NCBI GenBank assembly: GCA_051294375.1
Contig: JBJCIZ010001671.1
Span: forward strand, 17,531 to 81,530
Direction: 5' to 3'
Source of the DNA: Paraspadella gotoi
Lineage: Eukaryota > Animalia > Chaetognatha
DNA: 64,000 bases
This document shows positions 40,313 to 51,087 of the stretch, one piece after another. The position numbers were made by a program, and so were the translations under genes. Positions within the stretch are counted from its first letter, which is position 1; each line of letters begins with the position of its first letter. The notes beneath the pieces are model-generated. The model ran no database searches. It worked only from the letters and a program-made list of their open reading frames with translations, and was not told the DNA's origin.

Positions 40313-42296
40313 AGGGACCTGCTATGTTATTATCTTAAACCACCAAAGCCTGTCTAAAGTCAGGGGCAAGATAGCCTATTTATTAAATCAATGGATAATT
40401 TTTATATTTGTTGTACCAATTTCATATTATAAACACTTTTAATAGGGAAAAGTCCTTTACTCTTTTTGACGGAAACTAATTTCTTCTTTTTCGATTTTTG
40501 TACCAATCGACTGTCAACTTATAACTTACGAACATTTTGCTCGATTTTAATGGGACTTGTACCAATCGCTTTATCGTTCAATAAGCTTTATTTTATGTAT
40601 TTATATCCTTATAAAATTCAGCCATCCAATACGGTTTTTTTCGATGTGAAAAAGTGGGTTTTTTTTGCGCCGTAGTGTACAAGATAATGACAGTTCCTTG
40701 CAAGCATTCAATCAAGACTTTCACAAACTCGTTTATTCATTCCCACAATATAATTTTGACATAATTGTATTTGCAAGTACAAAAAGTATATTTTTTTGCC
40801 AAATATTTTGACTTATTTTTTAAGTTATTATTAGTGGTAAAAGATTTAACAAGAATAAAAGTTTTTTCTGGAAACAAATAAGAAATATAGAGAGAAACTA
40901 AGAGAGAGGGAGAGAGAAAGAGAGAGAAAGACACAGATTGAGCCAAAAGTATAATTTTTAGATATCGGCTTTATAATAGTGTAAAGCAATAAAAATTAGA
41001 ATTTGATAAAACTGAATCTCACCCATGACAAATGAAAGATTTACCCTTACTTTTTTATTAACCTCCAAGTGGCCCTTAAATTAAAAATTTTAAATAATAT
41101 TAAATTTTTTACTGTCATATTTTATTAGCTCAAATGAAATGATAATGCTCACTCTTTTCCTAATAATGTATAAAAACAAAATTAGGTACCTTCTTGTTTA
41201 CATAAAAGTATTTTTTTTGTTCTAGAAAGAATAAACATTTTTATCTTTTTTGCAGGTAAGCCAAAGACCGCATGTTCCTTTTTTTCAACTCTGTCGTCTT
41301 TTTTAAAGCAAACAAACAAAGATAATAAATATGACAAAGATGGATAGAATCACAAAAACAATCATAAATTCTTTTTACTATTACTCTTACTCTGAAGTTA
41401 ATTGAAAAGAGCGCTGGAAAGGAAAGCATCTGAAGAATCCTTGCTATTAAAGTATTTTGATATGATTCAAGTAAACAGTACCAAAATGGTTGTGAGCAAA
41501 ACAAAAAACTGATTGAACTGTATCTCTCTCTGTCTCAATAGCTTTTTGTTATTGCTTCACTGTCTTACTATCTTTCAAGATTTAGTTACAAGAAACCTTT
41601 ATTGCAATAGTATTTTCATATGCTTTTTACTGCATAATATTATTTTTTTTATCCTATCTTCTGATCAAACTATATATACTTGCTTTTTAATTTGATTTTA
41701 TTATATTTATTGAAATTTTTATAAAAGATTAATAAGTTTTTATTAAATTATAATATTACTGTGAAACGTTAATCTCATTTGCATATTGGAGTAACCCGAT
41801 TTTTATTACGAACCTTTTGGCTTTGTAGACAAAAAATCGTTCTATCTCAAATCTCTTATTTTGGTACCAAGGTAAAATTCCCAAGGTTTTGTAAAAATAT
41901 TCTAACCCGTAGTGGAGGTGGTCGAGATAAAAATGGCGAACAAAATGAGATGAATCGATTTATTGAAATCAGAAAAGCGAATGGAATCGAATTGGCTAAT
42001 TGTACAAAGTGGCATTCATTTTTATACGGCGAGAGAGAGAAAATTTGGTTTACATTTGTAAAGTAAACAATTCTAAAAATACTTCCAAATAAGGTAACGT
42101 TTTGCGACCGGCGTTTGAACAGAGGGAGCAAAATATTTCTTAGCGGGCATTGGAATTTTTAAAGAATTCGGCCGGCGATTTTATTTACTTTCTTACTAAT
42201 AATAATAATCAGGATCTCCACTCCGTCCCATAGGAAGCTTGCCAGACTACTAGTGAATCTGAATTTGTCTTGTTTGAGTCTGTCTAAGGTAAAGTT

Positions 42297-42352
<56 letters not shown>

Positions 42353-43024
42353 GGAAAGAGTCAGGTCAGTCCCTGTCCGGTCGATCGGTCAATCGTCGAA
42401 ACTGACCGTCTCCGTCGGTCTCGGCCTTTTCTCTTCACCCCCGCCTCGGCTCTAGGGCTCCTTAGACCTAAGCAGACCGTCTTTAAAGGCCGCGCAGGAC
42501 CGACGGTATCGTACGAATCTAGCCTATCAACCCCTTGTTCTTGTCTTCACGTTTCGGAGATGGAATTTACGATGATCTTCATATCTGAGTTCGTTCGATG
42601 ACGTCCGAGTTCCCGAGGAGCTTTTTGAGGAGTTGGAGATTTTCATTCATTCGTTCATTCATTCATTCTGGGTTATCTTGGATGGATAACCTGCCAAGTT
42701 TTTTATTCAATCCGAATCTTGAACTGTTAAGTGTTTTCTTGTCAGTTTCTTTTAATCTTATTTTAGGTTTTCTCGGTCTTATTTCTATTGTTTGTTTCTT
42801 CTTGGTTGTTCTTGTTCGGTCTGTTGTTTTTCTTGTTTTTCTATTTGTTTCTTGTTTCGTTTTTTGTCTTATTGATTTCATTAGTTTTTTTTTGTTGTCA
42901 CGTCAAGTTTTTTTTGTCTCGAGTTATTTTTATACATATTCCTTTATGTAAATGATATTATGTTTCATTCAATCTATGATATCATTCTTTCATCGATTTC
43001 TTTTTTGTTGACATTCATTACTCA

Positions 43025-43634
43025 TTAGGCCGGAACAGGTTGAAAACTAGAAGTTCTCTCAAATAAATAATGATAAAGTGACTGTTAAAGAATATGAAAA
43101 TAAAAATAATTTTAAAAAATTATCTTATTAATAAGCGCACGGAAGCATTTAAAGATTATTTTATTACTATATATAGTTAAAATTTTTTTTTGAATTTTTC
43201 AATTTTTTTTAATGGATTCTGATAGAGCTTTAAAGTTAGATAAAGGTTATTAATACAAATTTTAAAAATTTTGTTGTTTATTGATAAAAATTTTAAAAAA
43301 CTAGAAAAATTCAGCCAAATGATGATGATGATGATGATTTTTTTAACGTTTTTTCTGTTTTTAACCAATTTCTTGTCAAGATTTTGAAAAATTGTAGTAC
43401 TAACTTTCATTTAACTTTTCAAGCTCTATAGGAATCCGTTCTTAAAAACTAACTTTTTTAAAAAAATTTTTGTCATTTATTATATATTAATAAATATTTA
43501 AAAAGCTTCAGTGCAACAACCCAATGAACTAATTCAAAAAGTTGCATTGAAAATCGATTTAGTAATAGAAGGAAAAAGGAATTTTTTTGAGAGAATTAAA
43601 AGTTATAAAAAGTGTTCAATTTTGGCCCGCCTTA
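43025..43634 (+). mobile_element. ~610-bp MITE with imperfect short TIRs and 6-7 bp TSD
   Basis: TACTCA(T) is duplicated at 43019-43024 and 43635-43640. The empty site tcattactcatactgc is present in the paralogous copy at ~56481-56496. Ends are TTAGGCCGG / CCCGCCTTA. Confidence 0.9.
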
Positions 43635-44235
43635 TACTCATACTGCTCCAGAATGGGCGCATCCTCTTCTGGGCCAAGGTTCGAATTCAAGGGTTTCCTC
43701 TCCTGGCTGAGGACCGAGCATTTTTGTCTTCATGTTCTAATTTCTGGATTTTTCTTCTTGTTCTTGTTCTTTATCTTTTGTCAATTGTTTCTTCGCTCGG
43801 TTCCTCGCCGCGGATGGTCACCGTTTCACACATACGTTCCACATTTTCCCGGATATCAAGACTTTGGAAGACGGGCTCTACTGGCGCTGCGCTTCCAAAC
43901 TTTTGGATTTTATTGTTTTCTTTTATTTAGTTTCGTATCTTCGTAATTTCTTTGATGTTGAGTCGTTCAAATAGGCGTTCCAATGATCTACTGTGCGCGC
44001 GCAACCCGTTCTATTTGTTCCCTTGATCTTGATCCGCCACGCCCACATCCAGGCGTGTCGAACTTTGATGGGAAATCTTTCGTCCAGTTAATAAAGATTG
44101 TGCCTCCCCTTGAGCTGGCACTGCCGCGCCCTTGGGTGGCCCACACTTTGCCAGCTCCTCTTTCCACGCTGGCATGGCCGCGCGCGGAAGGGATGGCTTG
44201 CACATTCATTCTTCCATTCTTTGCACGCGAGAATT

Positions 44236-44515
44236 GGCTGGTTGCCGCCGACTTTCCCTTGACGCAATGGTCGGGTTTGTTGGCGGTTTCCGACGCCGAA
44301 ATTCTCTGGCTGGTTGCCGTCGGCTTTCCCATGACCCTGAGGTCGGGTTGGCCGGCGGTTTCCGACGCCTCACTCCTCTGGCTGGTTGCCGTTGGCTTTC
44401 CCATTACCCTAAGGTCGGGTTGGCCGGCGGGTTCCGACGCCACATTCCTCTGGCTGGTTGCCGCTGACGTTCCCATGACCCTGAGGTCGGGTTGGTCGAC
44501 GGGTTCCAACGCCAG
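44236..44515. repeat. GC-rich 72-bp tandem repeat x4 inside gag-only element (paralog at ~57113-57390)
   Basis: Units start GGCTGGTTGCCG at 44236, 44308, 44380 and 44452. The minus strand translates to a 24-aa repeat, ASEPAGQPDLRVMGKPTATSQR. Confidence 0.9.
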
Positions 44516-45304
44516 ATGTTACATCAGATGTTGATCGTTCGCAGTTGCTCGTTCACATGGAGAATAAAAGAGACAAAGATTAGTAATCATATGTTAGACA
44601 ATCTTTTGTATCTGTTTTTTCCAGTGATTATAATTGTTTTAATATTTAAACGAATATGGATTTAAAATATATGTTGTGTAAGAGTTTAGTCTTTAACTAA
44701 ATTCTTAAGTTTTATTTGTTAATTTTAATTCTGATAAATATGCTAGTTTTATAATTTTAAATATTTCTTTGCTCTTTTTTATCTGGGTTTCTCGTTTTTT
44801 TTTTATGTTTCTGTTCAAATTTATTCATTTTTATATAATATAATATAATATTTATTGTTAGCAGTTTTAATCATCACTATTCTTACATGACCATGTATTT
44901 TTCATTAGCTTAAATAGTAAATTAGTGACGTCGGAAACGAAACAAAATGCTAATCAAACTTCATTAGGTCAGGGGCTACAAAACAATTTATTATTCAGAC
45001 ATTCATAGTGGGTTTCATCTCATAACATATCAGTATATGGCGACTCACCGGATCAGCCATGCAGCAGTGAGAGATGTCATGTTGTGAGGCTGTGAAAGAT
45101 TCCGTGGAGGAGAAGTCGCCACCACTTTCGCGTATGTCATGGGGTCCTGTCTCGGGGCAAATGCTGTAACATTATGCACAATAGAGTGGTGTGGCCCATC
45201 ACATACAATACAGGCATTTTTAGGCAAGTTACACTGTTTAGCCAAATGGTTCTTTTCAAGACATTTCACATACAATACAGGCATTTTTAGGCAAGTTACA
45301 CTGT

Positions 45305-45601
45305 CATCGCAGAGGAATCAAGACTCCAGAATCGAATTCGGAGCAACGGATTGATTGAAGCCCACCGGAAATACAATGGAACTTTCTCATTGGTCGAAAG
45401 ACAAATGGCATCGGCCAATGAACAAATGGTCGGGAAATTTTACCCTTACCTCTGATCCGTATGGGCCATATAAAAGGGAACCAAATTCTGTATTGATTCA
45501 CTCTGCCTGGAAATTGACACCATCTTGTTCACTGTCTATTTTCTGAAGAAATAAAATCCACTTTGATTTCGCTTAGAAATCCCTGCCTTGCTACTAAATT
45601 G
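45305..45601 (+). repeat. 5' LTR (297 bp)
   Basis: Differs from 50791-51087 at about 6 positions by eye. TATAAAA at 45469-45475, AATAAA at 45550-45555, CCAAT/ATTGG boxes upstream. Confidence 0.95.
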
Positions 45602-45622
45602 TGGTGACAGGAGTGGATTCGA
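45602..45622 (+). promoter_or_regulatory. Primer-binding site complementary to tRNA-Leu 3' end
   Basis: TGGTGACAGGAGTGGATTCGA; its reverse complement TCGAATCCACTCCTGTCACCA resembles the eukaryotic tRNA-Leu 3' end (TTCGAATCCCACTCCTGACACCA). Confidence 0.85.
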
Positions 45623-45690
45623 CACACCACGTCTCCACGAAAGAAGAACCAAGCCTTACCCCACCAAGAACCACGCCACCCCTCAAGAAG

Positions 45691-46722
45691 ATGGACCCGT
45701 CCGCCCCAGCAATCCCGCCCGCCAAGGCAGGATGGAAGAAAGGGGCTGCGACGCCAACCATAGGCGCCGCGCCAACGCAAGACGGTAGCAGCAACGCAGC
45801 AGATATTGAGTTCCACACTTTCGAACTCACCGACTACCTGCAGCAACACTGCCAATCAGGCAACGAGCAGGCGGAGGTCACCCTCCAAGTGCTCAAAATT
45901 ATCAACGACGTCAACTTGCACAACAGGCAAGAAATGGCCGTCCTCAAGGGCCACGTCAAAGACTGCGAGGCCAACCTTGGAACCAAAATGGACGATCTCC
46001 GCGAGATGATGAAGGAAATGATGACGCAAGTCAACAACAACAACCAACGAGACGTCAACGAAAGGCTCATGGGCCTTTCCCGGGCCCAGGCCCCGCCGAG
46101 TCTTTACCCCAACCTCCACGACGCCGCTCAACCAGTACAACCCCGCGAACACTTCCTGAGACAGACACCAGCAAAGTCTTGTCAAAACCCTCGAGATGAA
46201 GCGCCGTCTGAAAGCGGGAGAAGCGACCCGCCCTCCTACTCCACATCCGAGCAGCCGATCAAGCTCGAGAAAAGGAGATCAGACGAATCGCCCGCTGATT
46301 TCCTCCGCAGCTTCTATGAAGCATTTAAGGACTCGCCGACGCCGGATAAAGTCGACCAGCAGCTGCGCGCCCTCCTCGCCAGAGACAAGATTGCTAGCCG
46401 CTATGTCGAACCCATAAGCCAGTCCATGTGGCTAGGACTGAGGGCACTTTGTGAAGGCTCCACTATAAGTATCGCCGAAGCCCTCGTCGAAGCAAAACTC
46501 GAAGTGGATCCGCACGTGCACGCCAAATACGGATTGGCGCTCGTTAACACCGCCAGGGAGAACTTCGAGGCAGTAAGGGAAAAAGACAGGGCCTCCATTC
46601 CCGATTACGTGGCACAAATGCTCGTAGAGGCCCTGGAACCCTACGTCCCGGGAATCTTCTCACACAATGGAAATAATAAAAACGAACGCCAACCAGGAAA
46701 TCATGATGGACAGCACTCTTGA
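45691..46722 (+). CDS. gag: Gag-like structural protein (first ATG 45691; frame open from 45601)
   Basis: First long intact ORF after the PBS. It has a Pro-rich N-terminus, a predicted coiled-coil, a capsid-CTD/MHR-like segment KRRSDESPADFLRSF, and PSAP, LYPNL and PPSY motifs. No CCHC knuckle. Confidence 0.7.
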   Translation: MDPSAPAIPPAKAGWKKGAATPTIGAAPTQDGSSNAADIEFHTFELTDYLQQHCQSGNEQAEVTLQVLKIINDVNLHNRQEMAVLKGHVKDCEANLGTKMDDLREMMKEMMTQVNNNNQRDVNERLMGLSRAQAPPSLYPNLHDAAQPVQPREHFLRQTPAKSCQNPRDEAPSESGRSDPPSYSTSEQPIKLEKRRSDESPADFLRSFYEAFKDSPTPDKVDQQLRALLARDKIASRYVEPISQSMWLGLRALCEGSTISIAEALVEAKLEVDPHVHAKYGLALVNTARENFEAVREKDRASIPDYVAQMLVEALEPYVPGIFSHNGNNKNERQPGNHDGQHS

Positions 46723-48078
46723 AGCAGACATCGACACAACAGAAACTGAGGTCACCATGGAAATCAACCAACCGCTAAAAAGACAACCAAACCTCGTTCC
46801 ACTCGCTTCTGAGGTAAAAAGATGGCAAGAAGAAGATGAGTCTTTCAACTCACTCAAAAACGGCAACCGAGAGGAGGCAAGACAAAAACTGAACGAAAAA
46901 ATGCAGAAAAGAAAAACGGCAACAGAAAAGTATTTGTCGAACTGCCTGGATGATTTTGACGTCACTAGCAACGACATCCTCATCATAAAAGGCTTTAAGG
47001 CAGAGACGCCTACCAGGAAATTTGTTGTGCCGGCCCAAAAGGCCGAAACCATCAACAATTCCACGAACAATTCGGACACCCTGGCCGTGATCGCACAGCA
47101 TTCATAACCGCACAGTACATCTCAGCCCCCGGTCTAACAACAGCCGCGGCAAAATGTCTTAGAAATTGTGACAACTGCGCCAAAGCGACGGACACGCAAA
47201 AACATAATGAAACTCCATCAGCTCCTAATCTAGCGATCGCACCCTGGGAGTCACTAAGCATCGACGTCATGCATCTTCCCCCAGTCTCCGGACATAATTA
47301 TATCCTAGTTGCATCAGACAACGCCTCTGCCTACACCTGGGCGATCCCATTGCGCCGAGCAGACGCTGCAACCATAGTAAAAACCCTCGATGAAAAAATT
47401 TTTCTCCAACACGGGGCCTACATGGAAGTGAATTTCGATGGTGCAACGCAGTTAAATGGATCAGCCATGAAGTCAATACTAAATCTACTTGACACCGTAG
47501 GCAGACAAGTCCTCGTGGGCCGGAAGGACAGCAACAGGGCCGAAAGGGACATAGGCCGAATCCGCCAAGCCCTACGCAAAGCTGTCGACGATCAACCGAA
47601 CAGATGGCTAGAACAGCTGCCACACCTGATGCTACTCCTAAATGCGACCCCCATAATTGGCTGGAAGACAGACATGTCGCCGCATGAAATCCAATTTGGC
47701 CATAGGCCGAGAATAGTAGAAAGCGCAGACGACTTCACCAAAAGAAATCTCATTGATTTTATAAGACAAAGGGCCAACAAACAAGAAAGAGCTCAAGCAC
47801 AGCTGGCAAACCAACGAACAAAGCTGTACAAACAGTCGACCAGAAGAAACCCCTACAAGCGACCAGAGGAGATTAAAATCGGTGACCTAGTCTTGGCCAG
47901 ACGGGACCTTATCATGACCGGAACAGCAACAACTGAAAATAAGGTCAAACGGATATACTCAGGCCCTCACAAGGTCGTGGAGAAGGACGGCAACCATTAT
48001 GTCGTCTCTATAGCCGGCCGAAACCTCAGATATCATCGACGTCGCCTCAAAAAGCATGAAACGAGGCCGGCAGAATAA
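46667..48078 (+). CDS. Ty3/Gypsy-type integrase, one frameshift near 47050
   Basis: Joined reading: ...KFVVPAQKAETI / FHEQFGHPGRDRT...CLRNCDNC (HHCC); PWESLSIDVM (D1), NFDGA (D2), SNRAER (E), LNATP...SPHEIQFG, IKIGDLVL and YSGPHKV (GPY/F motif). Confidence 0.9.
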
Positions 48079-48850
48079 GAAAATAAAGAAAAAAGAAGAA
48101 AGGAAGAGAAAATGTAAAATAGTATGAAAGTAAAAGAAAATATATATAGAAAATATATATAGAATTGTATATAGAATTGTATATATAAATATATAAATAT
48201 ATATAGAAAATATATATAGAATTAGCTCCTCAAATATATATAGAAAATATATATAGAATTAGCTCCTCAAAAAGACGTACAATAGAATTAGAACAGCGAA
48301 ATAAAGAAAAACGGAAAAAGCGAGACAAGGCAATCCCCTCGATCGGAATTTGAAAGAAGCGAGACAAAGCAATCCTCTCGATTGAAAGAAACGAGGCAAG
48401 ATAATCCCCTCAACGGGAATTCGAAAAGAAAACAAAAAGAAACAACGAGAAACGACGCCAGCAAGACAAAGCCAAGAAAAACGAGCATTTTCATTCAAAA
48501 AAAAAAAAAGAATATTCTCTCTATCTCAAAAAGAAAACAAAAGACCACGAAGACGCCACGAGACAGAAGCCCGACGTAAAACGGGAAACAACGAAAAACG
48601 ACGCCAGTAAAAACAAGCATTTCATCCAAAAAGAATAGTCTCTTTGTCTCGCTCCTTCTCGAAAAACATTCTATCAAAAAAATTACTCTCTCTCTCTAAT
48701 TCGAAAATAAAGAAAACAAAGAAAATATATCTCGCTCTCTCTCTCTCATTCAAAAATAAAAAAAAAAGAAAATCTATCTCACACCCTCTCATTCGAAACA
48801 AAAAAAAAAAAAAAAAAACCTTTTTCAAAAGGATACGGTAAAGGAAAAAG

Positions 48851-50757
48851 ATGAAAAACCTTATCAATATTCTCGCCCTCACCTCCCTCCTCATAAATTG
48901 GGGCATCGCAGCCCAAAAGGAAGAAACCAAACGACGAACGGACATTGTGCAAGTATATGATTGTAACAAAACTTCAAGCCACGCCGCGACGATGCTCGAT
49001 CCTCACCATTGCGACAACATCCAATCGGTCGCAGAGAAGATAATGCGTGGCGAATTGGTCTTCATCCCCGGAGAGGAAGAACACGATGGTAAAGGATGTG
49101 ACTTGACGATCATGGCCTCCGGAAGTGTATGTGGATGGTGGTCCATCCAGTACCCAAACCTAAAGGCGGTGGATCATTTCACCCTCTCCAGGACTCAGTG
49201 CTTGATGCTCCACAAAGGCGAAAGCATCTCCCTGGAAAACGTCCCCATCAGACTGACTGACCGACCGAACTGGAGTTATGGAACCACTCAAGATCGACGG
49301 AGGAAAAATAGGATTAAATCAGGCAACTTACGAGATTGGCACGACTGACGCGGACGGTTATTGCACTGGCGAAAAGCTAATCTTCCATGACTACACGTAC
49401 GACGGAGAAAGGGCCACCCTCATGATCAACCTAACCCTTTACGAACAGAGGATCAAGTTAACGGACCTCAACAATATGCCAAAACAAACTGACTGCAATA
49501 GGGCAGCGCAGCTATGCACATACCCCGGTGGAGTCATCGCCTGGAAAGACCCTACCTGTCGAGCCCACAGGGCCTTTGCCGGACCAGTGGCTCGCAGCGA
49601 CGACGGTTTTATCCGCAGCTTGACAGAAAAAGACAAAGAGATGGCGTTGAAAAACTGCACCCTCAGAAATGGAAAAACGCCCTGCATGGAAGCCAAGCAC
49701 TAAAAGAGGACCCATCCAGTTGCTGGAGGCATTGCCTCACCTCCTTTGTCCGACCGGGATCGCTGAACAATTACGAACGTTGTGCACCAATCTGCGAAAC
49801 TGAAAACAAAATTCTATTCACACTCCGAGCAGACGGGAAGCGGAAACCAGTGCCCGGCTGTGGCATCGACGTCGAGGAGACCAGTTCTCACTTCTACTTT
49901 ACAACGCACATCACACGTGATTTGACCTCAGACGAAAAGCTCATCCAAGCTTTACGCCAAAAGGGATCAAAATTGGCGCTAGACAATCAGGAAAGCCTCA
50001 TCGCCTTGACCAAAGCATTACGCAAGGAAATCTGACCTCAAGGTCACGGAGGCACGGGCAGCAGCGACCATCGCTCACAACAACCCCACTTCAACAACCT
50101 TCCTAAAAAGGGGCGTAATCGCGGTCTTAAGAGGCGAGCTACTGGTCACCGCTCAATGCGACCAAACGCTCGCTCACATTCGGGACACAGGACTGCTTCC
50201 ACGACCTCCCGATCACCTTCAGGGGCCAGGAAGTTTTCCGACATGCCATTCATCACCACGTGGTGAAATCGTCAACAACAACCAAATGCTCACCGCCGCC
50301 AATCTACCTCATGAACGAGAAATACCGTACAGTGGACGGCGAGCAGCACGATTACATCCGTTTAACTGCAAACGTCCCAGATCTACGCGATCGAGTCTCC
50401 AAAGAGCAAGAAGTCTATCTGAGAATCGGGGATTTTCTGAAGCAGCACGATCAATACGCCAAGGACCAACAGGATCTCACAAAATACGCCGGAGAAATCG
50501 TAAGAGGATCTTCATACACAACGATCAGGAAGATCTTCGGGAACTTACCCAAGTGGGCGTGGCTAGCTGACGTGACCAATCTCATACCGTTCGTCACCGT
50601 CACCCTAGCAATAATCATAGGGATAGCTATAGCATGCTACTGTTGCCCACCTTGCGCATTCAGACGGGCACAGCAACAGCCAGAAATACTGAGCTTGGAA
50701 CAAGTCCAGAACAGGATCTTCGTCCCCCTCACAATCGCAACTCCAGCTACCGACTGA
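48851..50757 (+). pseudogene. env: Envelope glycoprotein resembling chuvirus G / herpesvirus gB-type class III fusogens; ~4 frameshifts
   Basis: Signal peptide MKNLINILALTSLLINWGIAA; motifs VYDC, VCGWWS, TQCLMLH, DGYCTG, C-x6-C...W...C, PGCG, GELLVTAQC, DCFHDLPITF and KCSPPPIY; TM helix LIPFVTVTLAIIIGIAIAC with a Cys-rich tail. Fragments join at ~49275, ~49690, ~50033 and ~50190 to give ~635 aa. Confidence 0.75.
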
Positions 50758-50775
50758 CCGCGTGCGCTGTCATCT

Positions 50776-50788
50776 GAGGAGGGGGGGA
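50776..50788 (+). promoter_or_regulatory. Polypurine tract
   Basis: GAGGAGGGGGGGA, 2 nt upstream of the 3' LTR. Confidence 0.9.
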
Positions 50789-50790
50789 CG

Positions 50791-51087
50791 CATCGCAGAG
50801 AAATCAAGACTCCAGAATCGAATTCGGAGCATAGGATTGATTGAAGCCCACCGGAAATACAATGGAACTTTCTCATTGGTCGAAAGACAAATGGCATCGG
50901 CCAATGAACAAATGGTCGGGAAATTTTACCCTTACCTCTGATCCGTATGGGCCATATAAAAGGGAACCGAATTCTGTATTGATTCACTCTGCCTGTAAAT
51001 TGACACCGTCTTGTTCACTGTCTATTTTCTGAAGAAATAAAATCCACTTTGATTTCGCTTAGAAATCCCTGCCTTGCTACTAAATTG
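50791..51087 (+). repeat. 3' LTR (297 bp)
   Basis: Direct repeat of 45305-45601, followed by TSD CTGT and resumption of the host element. Confidence 0.95.

Larger units (their letters stand above)
45305..51087 (+). mobile_element. Env-bearing Ty3/Gypsy-like LTR element (LTR-PBS-gag-IN-env-PPT-LTR) lacking protease/RT/RNase H
   Basis: Two 297-bp LTRs; CTGT TSD at 45301-45304 and 51088-51091; empty site gttacactgtttagcc visible at ~58091-58106; PBS, PPT and three coding regions. Confidence 0.95.

Noticed and set aside
45302-45310. Canonical TG start for the 5' LTR (TGTCATCGC)
   Set aside because: TGT belongs to the host TSD (CTGT, present in the empty site and at the 3' junction), and the 3' LTR is preceded by ACG, not TGT.
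46640-46660. YVPG at the end of Gag as a remnant of the RNase H C-terminus (YxPGxxNxxAD)
   Set aside because: The following N..ADxLSR residues are absent, so the match is too short to support.
46667-48078. Ginger/Polinton-type DNA transposon interpretation of the stand-alone integrase
   Set aside because: The element has direct LTRs, a tRNA PBS and a PPT, and no long TIRs.
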